Below are positions 9,503 through 18,253 of a stretch of 64,000 nucleotides of DNA, piece after piece. Below the pieces are notes generated by a model. It made no database searches. It worked only from the letters and a program-made list of their open reading frames with translations, and had not been told where the DNA came from. The position numbers were made by a program, and so were the translations under genes. How positions within the stretch are numbered: position 1 is the stretch's first letter; every line of letters begins with the position of its first letter. The stretch spans positions 234 through 64,233 of the forward strand of contig JAFCFT010000003.1 of assembly GCA_017608505.1 (NCBI GenBank), written 5' to 3'. The DNA is from Candidatus Parvarchaeota archaeon (GTDB lineage Archaea; Nanobdellota; Nanobdellia; WJKC01).

Positions 9503-12500
9503 ATGGTCAATATTTATAAAAGACTTTCAAAAAGGCTTAAAGAAGCAAAGGAGAAATTGCTGGAAGAAGAATTAAAAGCTCCTGAAAAGCCGGCTGCGCC
9601 TGAAATTAAAGAGCTTCCAAGACCTATCTCACTTAAAAAACCTCCTGAATTGATTGAGGCTCCTAAAGTTCCTGAGATTCCAAAAATTCCTAAAATAGAG
9701 CCTAAGAAAGTTGTTGCTAAAGCGCCTGAAGCTCCAAAATTAATAGTCCCCCCGCAGCAAGTGATAGTGCAAGCGCCTGTAGTCAAGCCAGAAATAGTTA
9801 AAGAGGCTGCGATGGAAGTTCCAGAAGGGCTTGAAACTGGAAGAGCATTTAAAATGAAATACAAGCCAATAAGCATGGAAATACCAGAAGAATTTACTGA
9901 AGCGGCTGGCAAAGGGTTGGAAGCAAAAAAAGAAGTATACATGAAAAAATTAAGAAAAATTGATGAAAAAGTGCCATTAATAACCTTAAAGACAAAAGGC
10001 AAAGAAGTAGTAGTCTCGTGGGCAAACATAAAATGGAATCCTGCATCAAGAAGTCTCATATATTATGTTTACGAACCGAAATTAAATGACAAATTAAGGA
10101 CAACGCTTGACGAAGCAAAAACCCTTCTAAGGCAAAAACTAGACATAGACTTTACTAAGATAAGAATTGAAAAAGCATACGAGTACTTAATGAGCAAATT
10201 TGATGCAGTGCTTAATGAAATGGGCGCAAAAATAACTCCTAAAGAAAAAATCATACTTAATTATTATGTCTTCAGGGATTTTATAGGGCTTGGAAAAATA
10301 GAGCCTTTGCTTCATGACAAAAATTTGGAAGATATTCACTGCGACGGCGCAGGAGTGCCGTTATTTGTAACGCACAGAAATCCATTGTATGGAGAAATGC
10401 AGACAAACATCATATTCAAGACAAAAGAAGAGCTTGACTCATTTGTTTTAAGGCTTGCGCAAAAATGCGGAAAAGCGTTAAGCATTGCAGAGCCTTTGCT
10501 TGACGGAGCCCTTCCAGACGGGTCCAGGGTGCAGATAACATATGGAACAGATATTGCAATGAGAGGCTCGAATTTTACAATTCGTAAATTCACTGAAAAG
10601 CCAATAACCCCAATTGATGAATTAAATTACGGCACAGCAAGCCCAGAAATCCTTGCTTATCTTTGGATGGCTGTGGAGTCAGGCCTTTCAATGCTTATTG
10701 CTGGGGCAACTGCTACTGGAAAAACGAGCTTCTTAAACGCTTTAAGCATGTTCATTAACCCTGAACTGAAAATAATAAGCATAGAAGACAGTGTTGCAGG
10801 AGACACGCCTTTTGTTTTTTTAAACAGCAACAAATACAGGCAGGAAACAATAGGGAATTATATAGATACTGTAATGAATAAACATGGATTTGAAAAACTA
10901 AGCAGCGGACACCACATATGCCCTAATTATGAGAATATCAAAGTACCCACAATAGATTTCAACAACAAACTTACATTCTTGCCAGTAAATGCCTTGATAA
11001 GGCACAAAGTAAACAAAAAAGGATACGAAATTATAACAAAAACAGGGAAAACAATTAAGGTAACCGAAGATCACTCACTATATATCCTGGGTCCAGATAT
11101 TGAAAAAATGAGTCCTAAAAGATTTGTTAAAGAAATTGCGCAGGGAAACAAACAAAAAGCGCAAATTAATGAAGATATTGCGTTTTTAACAGGGTTAACT
11201 GTAACTCACGGGGTGGTGGACAAAAATAAAAATGTGTATTATCCAAAAATCAAAAAATTAGAAAACATCTTGAATAAATTAGGATTTAAATATAAAATTA
11301 GAAAATACCATATAAGAATTTCAAGAAAAGAATTCTATGATTACTTAGTAAGTCTTGGCATAAACTTAAACTCAAAATGGATTAATGAAAGAACGCCTAA
11401 ATGGGTTGTGTCTTTAGAAGGCGCACACTTAAGAAATTTCATTCTTGGGTACAGACTAGGCAACAAAAAAAAGGTATATTATATAAAACCAAAATTATGC
11501 AAAGCAAAGGCGAGCAAGTTAAGAAAAGGCGATTGCATAATTTCTGCAAAAACGCTTGAAAAAGATTACAAAGGATTGGAGTGCATTAACTTAGACTTAA
11601 AGAACTTTGGCAAAAGAGCAAAAATAATAGACGGCAAAGTCAAAGTTGGATCATACGCTATGCCATGCAAAGTAAAACTTGATAAAGACCTGCTTGAATT
11701 TATTGGATTATGGATTGCTGACGGTTGTTATGATGAACGCGGCAAATATGTAATAATCAGCGCGCCAAAACCAGAAACTGAAAATGTGGTAAAAAGAATC
11801 TGTGAAAAATTCAAGTTTAAATATAAAAAGCATTCAGACGGTGTTTCCCTCAACATATATGGGAGCATATTTTATTATTTTTTGAAAAACGAGCTTAAAT
11901 TGACCCATTATGCGCATCATAAAACAATGCCTCAATGGGTAAATAAATTATCAAACAAACAGTTAGCAGCATTATTAAGAGGATATTTTGCAGGCGATAA
12001 TAATGACGGAAAATACGAAATGGGTTGTGCAAGCGTATCAAAGAAACTTATAGAAGATATCCAACACTTGTTGTTAAGATTTGGCATAAGATCAACTATA
12101 AGAGAAAAAAAGCAGATATATAATTTAAGTATATCAGAAATTAATAATATAAAAAAGCTAGAAAAAATAGGATTTATACGCAAAGACAGACTAAAAAGAT
12201 TTAAAGAGATAACAAGCAGAAATAAGCAAGATCATGACTGTTCAGATATAATAGACCTTCCAGAAAACTTTTTAATAGCCATATTTGATGAAGCTAAAGA
12301 TACATGGAAATCATTAAAACAGAGATATAAAAAGAAAAAAATTGGAAGAGCATTTCTTAAACAGATAGTAAAGTCTCTTAAAGGAGAAACAAAAGAGTTA
12401 TTGAAAAGCATAATAGACGCTGACTTGTACTTTGAGAAAATCAAAAAGATAAATAAGATTAGATTAAATGAATATGTATATGATTTCTCAGTACAACCTG

Positions 12501-14512
12501 TTCAAAGATTTTGCACTAAAAATGGAATCCTGTGTTCAAATACGCCAGAGCTTAGATTGCCTCACCCTAACTGGATTCCTGAAGTAGCAAGGGCAGGATT
12601 TGGCGTGAAAAGATATGGCGAAGTTACGATGTTTGATTTGCTTAAAAGCGCTTTAAGACAAAGACCTAACTACGTTATAGTAGGCGAAGTGCGTGGCAAA
12701 GAAGCATACGTCATGTTCCAAGGGATGGCATCAGTACTTGGATGCGAAAAAATTTTTGTAAGCGATACTGAAGGAAATCCAACAATAATGCCTATTAAAG
12801 AATTGGGCAAATACGCATTTAAGAATTGGAAAGCAGTCACATTAAATCCAGGACACGAAGCAAAATTACTGCCAGTAAAAGCATGGGCAAGGCATGGAAA
12901 AAGAACTAAAATGATAAAAATTGAAACACACACAGGAAGAGAAGTCATTGTAACGCCAGAACACTCTTTATTCACGTATGATAAAAAACAAGGAATATTT
13001 CCAATAGAAGCAAACAATTTAACGCAAGGGAGCATAATATTAGTGCCTTCGAAAATTCCTTGCAATTACAAAAACATTGAATATTTTGATTTAACAAATT
13101 TAAAAGGAATTAGAGTATTAGCGCCGGAATTAATTAAAAAAGCTGTCCAAAAAATTGGATTTAAAAAAGCTTGCGAGATTTGTTGCGTTAAGTCGATAAA
13201 TGATTATTACTCAAAAAATGCATGTTCAGCGCTTCACTCAGACAAATTCAAAAAATTAATGGATGCGTCAAAAATAGACTATTCTAATGAAGAATTTATG
13301 GTGCGCTTTGATAGAAAAAGTGAAACATTCCCAAATAAATTAAAGATAAGCAATGAATTGTTGCGTTTGATAGGATACTACTTAAGTGAAGGCACGCTTA
13401 ACACGGCTAATAAAAATAATTCAATTGCGTTATATAATTCTGATAAAAAAGTTCTTAGAGATATGAAACAATGCATTAAAAAAGTCACTGGAAAGACTCC
13501 TAAAGAAAGATTAACAAAAGGTTGGGGCAAGACGCTTGAACTAAGATTCAATCACAAAGTATTATACGAATTTTTAAAACAATTATGCGGTCTTGGAAGT
13601 TCAAATAAAAAAATTCCAGAATTTGTATTTGGATTAAGCAAAGAAAAAATAGGACAGGTGTTGGCAGGAATGTACGCAGGAGATAGCAATTTTAGTGCAA
13701 AAGCAATTACATATTACACTAAATCAAAAGAACTTGCAAATACTTTACTTTATGCCCTGCTTTGCTTAGAAATTGTTGGCAGAGTAAGATCTCACAAAGG
13801 AATCTATGAAATAAAAATATACAGAAGCGATTTCAGAAAAAAACTAAGCGAGTATGTTAAACCAGTAAATAAGAAATATGTATTCAAAAAAGCAAGATAT
13901 TTAAAAAACATAATAGGCGACGTTTACTTAGATAAAGTGAAGAATATTACTGAAATAAGACTAAAAAGCCCATTAAATGTTTATGATATATCAGTGCCGC
14001 CGACTGAAAATTTTGTAGGCGGATTTGGAGGAATAATGCTCCATAACACAGGCCATCCAAGCTTCGGCACCCTTCATGCAGACAGCGTAGCTACAGTCAT
14101 AGACAGACTGACTACAGAACCAATAAATCTTCCTAAAGCAATGCTTGAAAATCTTGATTTAATTGTATTCCTGATTTTAACAAAGAGAAAAGGCGAGTAC
14201 GTAAGAAGGGTCAACGAAATAGTAGAAATTTTAGGGTATGACCCTAAAACAAGAAACTTAATTACAAACAGAGCGTTTAGATGGGACCCTGAAGAAGACA
14301 AATTTGTTTTGCTTAAAAGCGTGCTTCTTGATAAAATAAGAGAAAAACTTGGATACACAATCGAGGAGCTAAAATTAGACATGCTTAGAAGAATCAAACT
14401 GTTAAAATGGCTTCAAAAACACAAAATCACGGATTACAAAGAAGTTGCCCGTTATTTCAAAATGTATTACACAAGTCCTGAAAAGGTCGATAAGCTTGTG
14501 AGGAGAGCTTAA
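9503..14512 (+). CDS. Type IV pilus / secretion ATPase (VirB11/TadA/FlaI family) precursor with two inteins; ~646 aa after splicing
   Basis: Walker A GATATGKTS. Removing both inserts restores SIED|TPEL and FQGMA|TGHPSFGTLHA. Also LRQRPNYVIVGEVRG. Confidence 0.95.
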   Translation: MVNIYKRLSKRLKEAKEKLLEEELKAPEKPAAPEIKELPRPISLKKPPELIEAPKVPEIPKIPKIEPKKVVAKAPEAPKLIVPPQQVIVQAPVVKPEIVKEAAMEVPEGLETGRAFKMKYKPISMEIPEEFTEAAGKGLEAKKEVYMKKLRKIDEKVPLITLKTKGKEVVVSWANIKWNPASRSLIYYVYEPKLNDKLRTTLDEAKTLLRQKLDIDFTKIRIEKAYEYLMSKFDAVLNEMGAKITPKEKIILNYYVFRDFIGLGKIEPLLHDKNLEDIHCDGAGVPLFVTHRNPLYGEMQTNIIFKTKEELDSFVLRLAQKCGKALSIAEPLLDGALPDGSRVQITYGTDIAMRGSNFTIRKFTEKPITPIDELNYGTASPEILAYLWMAVESGLSMLIAGATATGKTSFLNALSMFINPELKIISIEDSVAGDTPFVFLNSNKYRQETIGNYIDTVMNKHGFEKLSSGHHICPNYENIKVPTIDFNNKLTFLPVNALIRHKVNKKGYEIITKTGKTIKVTEDHSLYILGPDIEKMSPKRFVKEIAQGNKQKAQINEDIAFLTGLTVTHGVVDKNKNVYYPKIKKLENILNKLGFKYKIRKYHIRISRKEFYDYLVSLGINLNSKWINERTPKWVVSLEGAHLRNFILGYRLGNKKKVYYIKPKLCKAKASKLRKGDCIISAKTLEKDYKGLECINLDLKNFGKRAKIIDGKVKVGSYAMPCKVKLDKDLLEFIGLWIADGCYDERGKYVIISAPKPETENVVKRICEKFKFKYKKHSDGVSLNIYGSIFYYFLKNELKLTHYAHHKTMPQWVNKLSNKQLAALLRGYFAGDNNDGKYEMGCASVSKKLIEDIQHLLLRFGIRSTIREKKQIYNLSISEINNIKKLEKIGFIRKDRLKRFKEITSRNKQDHDCSDIIDLPENFLIAIFDEAKDTWKSLKQRYKKKKIGRAFLKQIVKSLKGETKELLKSIIDADLYFEKIKKINKIRLNEYVYDFSVQPVQRFCTKNGILCSNTPELRLPHPNWIPEVARAGFGVKRYGEVTMFDLLKSALRQRPNYVIVGEVRGKEAYVMFQGMASVLGCEKIFVSDTEGNPTIMPIKELGKYAFKNWKAVTLNPGHEAKLLPVKAWARHGKRTKMIKIETHTGREVIVTPEHSLFTYDKKQGIFPIEANNLTQGSIILVPSKIPCNYKNIEYFDLTNLKGIRVLAPELIKKAVQKIGFKKACEICCVKSINDYYSKNACSALHSDKFKKLMDASKIDYSNEEFMVRFDRKSETFPNKLKISNELLRLIGYYLSEGTLNTANKNNSIALYNSDKKVLRDMKQCIKKVTGKTPKERLTKGWGKTLELRFNHKVLYEFLKQLCGLGSSNKKIPEFVFGLSKEKIGQVLAGMYAGDSNFSAKAITYYTKSKELANTLLYALLCLEIVGRVRSHKGIYEIKIYRSDFRKKLSEYVKPVNKKYVFKKARYLKNIIGDVYLDKVKNITEIRLKSPLNVYDISVPPTENFVGGFGGIMLHNTGHPSFGTLHADSVATVIDRLTTEPINLPKAMLENLDLIVFLILTKRKGEYVRRVNEIVEILGYDPKTRNLITNRAFRWDPEEDKFVLLKSVLLDKIREKLGYTIEELKLDMLRRIKLLKWLQKHKITDYKEVARYFKMYYTSPEKVDKLVRRA
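10790..12541 (+). mobile_element. Intein 1 (584 aa) with LAGLIDADG homing endonuclease
   Basis: Ser1 (SVAGDT), block B TEDH, FIGLWIADG / LLRGYFAGD, YVYDFSV, ends CSN|T. Confidence 0.92.
12731..14047 (+). mobile_element. Intein 2 (439 aa) with LAGLIDADG homing endonuclease
   Basis: Ser1 (SVLGCE), VTPEH, LIGYYLSEG / VLAGMYAGD, VYDISV, ends LHN|T. Confidence 0.93.
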
Positions 14513-15376
14513 ATGAACTTTGGAGAATTCAGCTACAAACTTGTTCATAAAATTGCAAGAAAATACAGCCACTTATTTAAAGACATAGCAGAAGACCTTC
14601 AAGTCAGCAACATGCCTTACTCCATAGAAGAGTACTTTGCAATGATGATAGTCACGATTATTTTTTCAATGCCCTTAATAGGAATTATAGCATTTCTTTT
14701 TTACTTGCTAATTAATGACTTGCTTATTTCAATTATTGCAGGAGTAGTGTTTTACTCCATAATTTTAGTAGGAATAATTGCGCTTTATTATGTATACCCT
14801 TCGCAAGTCGCAAGCAGCAGAAGAAAAAAAATAGACAATGCGCTTCATTTTGCAACAATATATATGCAGACCCTTGCAGGAACAGGAGCGCCCCCGCACA
14901 TAATATTTAAAATACTGGGCTCTTTTGAAGAGTTTAGCGAGATATCTGAAGTTTCAAGAAAAATAAACAGAGACATTGAAATTTTTGGCATGGACCCTGT
15001 TGAAGCAATAAACAGAGCTGCAGAAAGAACGCCAAGCAACAATTTAAGAGAACTTCTTTACGGAATGAGAAGCACAATAACAAGCGGCGGCGACTTAAAA
15101 AGATACTTGGAAGAAAAAGCAAACGCATTTGTAAATAACTTTAGAAGAAAACTTGAAGAATACACTAAAGTGCTTGCTGTTTTCATGGAAATATATATTA
15201 CAATGGTCATTGTAGGAAGCGTTTTAGCATTAGTGCTTACAACTATAATGTCCTTAATCAGCGGAGGAATTTTAGGAATAGAACAACTGCAAATATTAAT
15301 CGTTACAGTAGGCCTGCCAATCCTTTCAGGCATATTCATATTGTTGATAAAATCTGTAAGCCCAACAGAGGTGTAA
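14513..15376 (+). CDS. Type II secretion system F / TadC-like membrane platform protein
   Basis: TM helices flanking a T2SSF-like cytoplasmic domain (AAERTPS...TITSGGDL), directly after the ATPase. Confidence 0.88.
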   Translation: MNFGEFSYKLVHKIARKYSHLFKDIAEDLQVSNMPYSIEEYFAMMIVTIIFSMPLIGIIAFLFYLLINDLLISIIAGVVFYSIILVGIIALYYVYPSQVASSRRKKIDNALHFATIYMQTLAGTGAPPHIIFKILGSFEEFSEISEVSRKINRDIEIFGMDPVEAINRAAERTPSNNLRELLYGMRSTITSGGDLKRYLEEKANAFVNNFRRKLEEYTKVLAVFMEIYITMVIVGSVLALVLTTIMSLISGGILGIEQLQILIVTVGLPILSGIFILLIKSVSPTEV

Positions 15377-15379
15377 AAT

Positions 15380-16498
15380 TTGGAAAAAAAAGATACATTG
15401 ATAATTGTATGGTCTGGAGTTATTGCAGTTGCGCAATTAGTGATTGGGTTATTCTTAACTAACTTTGAGTTAATATACGTAGGTTATTTCGGGGTTGCTG
15501 CATTAATGATAATTATATTTCCATATTCACTGATAGTTTATTTAAGGGTGCGCAAAGCAAAAATGATGGAAGAATACTTTCCTTCTTTTTTAAGAGACAT
15601 TGCTGAAGCAAAAAGAGCAGGAATGACAATTCCAAATGCAATTGCGCTTAGCGCGCAGACAGATTACGGTCCACTAACAAAAGAAATCAAGAGGATGAAC
15701 AACTTGCTTTCATGGGGCGTTCCGTTTCCAGAAACAATCAAATTGCTGCAAAAAAGAGTAAAATACAGCACATACATAAAAAGAGGCCTTGCAATACTTC
15801 TTGAATCATATTACACAGGGGGAAGGATTGAAGACGCAATGGATGCTGTAGCAGAAAGCACGCGGCTTCTTAAAGAAGTGGAAAAAGACAGAGAGTCTGT
15901 TCTTCAACAGCAGTTGATAATTGTATATTTAATTCATTTCATATTTGTCGGAATACTGGTCGCATTGTACAAAATATTAATACCGCTTTTGACATTTCAA
16001 GGAGGAGGAAGTGCTAGTCTAATCACAAGCTTTGGAGGAGGGCAGTCACCCCCTCTTGATTTTTACAAATTGTTGTTTTTTCTTACAATGACAATACAAT
16101 CTTTCAGCAACGGGCTGGTTGCGGGCGTTACAAAGGAAGGAAGTCTTGCAGCAGGAACAAAACATGCAGGAATAATGATTAGCACAGCATTGCTTGCATT
16201 TGCAATATTCATATTTCCAAAAACATACGCAATCAATGTTATGAGCTCTAAAACAGAAGTCACTACAAATGAACTAGTGGAATTCTTCGGATCAGTGACC
16301 CTTGAGAATGAACCAATATCAAATGTTGAAGTGACTGTGAATTTTGGAGGTGTTGCTGACTCCACTTACACGGACGAGTATGGAGACTTTAGCATAAAAA
16401 TTAGAGCTCCAACAGTTGAAGGCAATTACATTGCTAGGGTGAGCTCCACATATGAAGGTTTTGAAGCGGTTGTTGACATCCCAATTGTTGTCAGATAA
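15380..16498 (+). CDS. T2SSF / TadB-like platform protein with C-terminal beta-rich (Ig-like) extension
   Basis: FPSFLRDIAEAKRAGM...DYGPLTKEI; C-terminal TYTDEYGDFSI...GNYIARV. Confidence 0.85.
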   Translation: MEKKDTLIIVWSGVIAVAQLVIGLFLTNFELIYVGYFGVAALMIIIFPYSLIVYLRVRKAKMMEEYFPSFLRDIAEAKRAGMTIPNAIALSAQTDYGPLTKEIKRMNNLLSWGVPFPETIKLLQKRVKYSTYIKRGLAILLESYYTGGRIEDAMDAVAESTRLLKEVEKDRESVLQQQLIIVYLIHFIFVGILVALYKILIPLLTFQGGGSASLITSFGGGQSPPLDFYKLLFFLTMTIQSFSNGLVAGVTKEGSLAAGTKHAGIMISTALLAFAIFIFPKTYAINVMSSKTEVTTNELVEFFGSVTLENEPISNVEVTVNFGGVADSTYTDEYGDFSIKIRAPTVEGNYIARVSSTYEGFEAVVDIPIVVR

Positions 16499-17252
16499 AA
16501 AAGGGGCAGTAATTGACATTGACCTAATAATATCTTATTTGATATTCATGGGCCTAATAATTGCAGTAGTGCAATTTACGCTTGGATTAGTTACTGTATT
16601 TAGCAATGATTTCAGAACCCTTTCAAGAGAAAAGAATATGCTAAGCGCTTCAAAATTAATAAGCGCAGAATTTAAGGCGTCGGATATAAACAAATTGTGC
16701 AACGAATTGAATTACACAGGAATAAGAGTAAAACACGTAGAATACGAAGTGCTGGGGTTTTTTATGCCGAAAAAGGACACTGCATACGAACTGCCAAACA
16801 CAGGCGCAGAACCAAAAGTGCTGTTTTTAAGAGATAATAATTACTTGCGCGTTATTGTGGGCTCTGGGGCAGGCAGCGACACAAAAGTCACTGTTTATGT
16901 ATCTATGAAATATGGCACAAGTGTTGCAAACAAAACCCTTGAGTCAGGCGATTCGTATACAACATATTACGACTCCAAGGGCTATTTTGTTGTAAAAATA
17001 ACATCAACTGTAGGCAACGGAGACCTTGACGAAATTGTAATAGGACCAATCAACAACAGAACATTAATAATGCCTGAAGTCAATAATGTGACAACCAGCA
17101 ACGTGTTTGTCGGCGATTTAAGTTTTAATAATAGTTGCGGGAGGACAGCAATCAAAGGACCACAGTCATCTTTTTTAAGATACGGAACAATAATGCACGA
17201 TTCTGAATTGTATCCTGTAAAAATTAAGGGTGATATATGGTGGACAGGTTAG
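16452..17252 (+). CDS. Pilin-like protein (class III signal)
   Basis: KKG|AVIDIDLIISYLIF. True start probably TTG at ~16485-16488. Confidence 0.65.
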   Translation: MKVLKRLLTSQLLSDKKGAVIDIDLIISYLIFMGLIIAVVQFTLGLVTVFSNDFRTLSREKNMLSASKLISAEFKASDINKLCNELNYTGIRVKHVEYEVLGFFMPKKDTAYELPNTGAEPKVLFLRDNNYLRVIVGSGAGSDTKVTVYVSMKYGTSVANKTLESGDSYTTYYDSKGYFVVKITSTVGNGDLDEIVIGPINNRTLIMPEVNNVTTSNVFVGDLSFNNSCGRTAIKGPQSSFLRYGTIMHDSELYPVKIKGDIWWTG

Positions 17253-18253
17253 GCTTTGTAAAAACTTTGGAAGCAATTCTTGCAGCAATAATAATGATGT
17301 CAATGTACGGCATAATTAATGATTTCATAACAAAGCAGGTAGGAGCTTATCAGCGCGACCCGACATTTTTAATGAATGATTTTATTGAGATGCTTGCAAA
17401 AAACAATTTGATAAATGATGCAATAAATAATTATGAGTATTCAGAAATGGACGCGCTTTTTTACGAATATTTCTTAAAATCCATATATTATTACTTTGAA
17501 CCAAGATATTATGAACGTATCAAAGTCAAAAGCGAGATTAACAAAACATATCCAAACATTAGCTTTGTATATCACTTTCCATTTGGCATTGATGAAAACT
17601 CAGTAAGGGTGACTGGTAACGAATACGAATTGCCAACAAAAGCGCTTTTTAATTGGTACGCAACACCAATTGTCTTCTTAGAAGATATCAACAATTCATA
17701 TGTAGAAGTTAATATAACAATTGAAGCGTCTGGAATAGATAATAAGACATTAATGTATTTTGTAAATGACAAACGTTCAATATTGGATGTTCATAAATGG
17801 ACAAAAGTAGACCAAGACATGTACAATGCAACGCTTGTATTGTTTGTGCCAGAAGTGAAAAAGAATGTCTTAACATATGTCTATGCTGCGCAAAATGACA
17901 GCATGATTAATTTCACATATCCTTCTCTTAACAAAAATTTAGATATCCAATATTACCAGCTAAACACTTTTAAAACTACAACCGGTCTTGTTGTGTTCAC
18001 GCCTGAAAATGTAAGCTCAACAAGAGATGACACATACTATATTGAATACACCCTTTACTCTCATCAAGATGATAATTATGCAGACATAAAAATCGTAAAC
18101 AATACAGGAATTACAATAATCCCTGAACTTGATTATGTAAAGCACGGAAGCAGCCCTGCATATGCGACAACAAAAGGAGAATACTCTGTAAAAAGACTTT
18201 TCCCTAAAAAAGGAGGATTTGTTGAATTAACTGTTTATGGAGGATACTCATGA
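17237..18253 (+). CDS. Pilin-like protein (class III signal)
   Basis: RLG|FVKTLEAILAAIIM plus a large beta-rich domain with many NxS/T sequons. Confidence 0.65.
   Translation: MVDRLGFVKTLEAILAAIIMMSMYGIINDFITKQVGAYQRDPTFLMNDFIEMLAKNNLINDAINNYEYSEMDALFYEYFLKSIYYYFEPRYYERIKVKSEINKTYPNISFVYHFPFGIDENSVRVTGNEYELPTKALFNWYATPIVFLEDINNSYVEVNITIEASGIDNKTLMYFVNDKRSILDVHKWTKVDQDMYNATLVLFVPEVKKNVLTYVYAAQNDSMINFTYPSLNKNLDIQYYQLNTFKTTTGLVVFTPENVSSTRDDTYYIEYTLYSHQDDNYADIKIVNNTGITIIPELDYVKHGSSPAYATTKGEYSVKRLFPKKGGFVELTVYGGYS

Noticed and set aside
9575..9800. Short DNA repeats in the ATPase 5' region
   Set aside because: Explained by a Pro/Lys/Glu-rich low-complexity protein linker.
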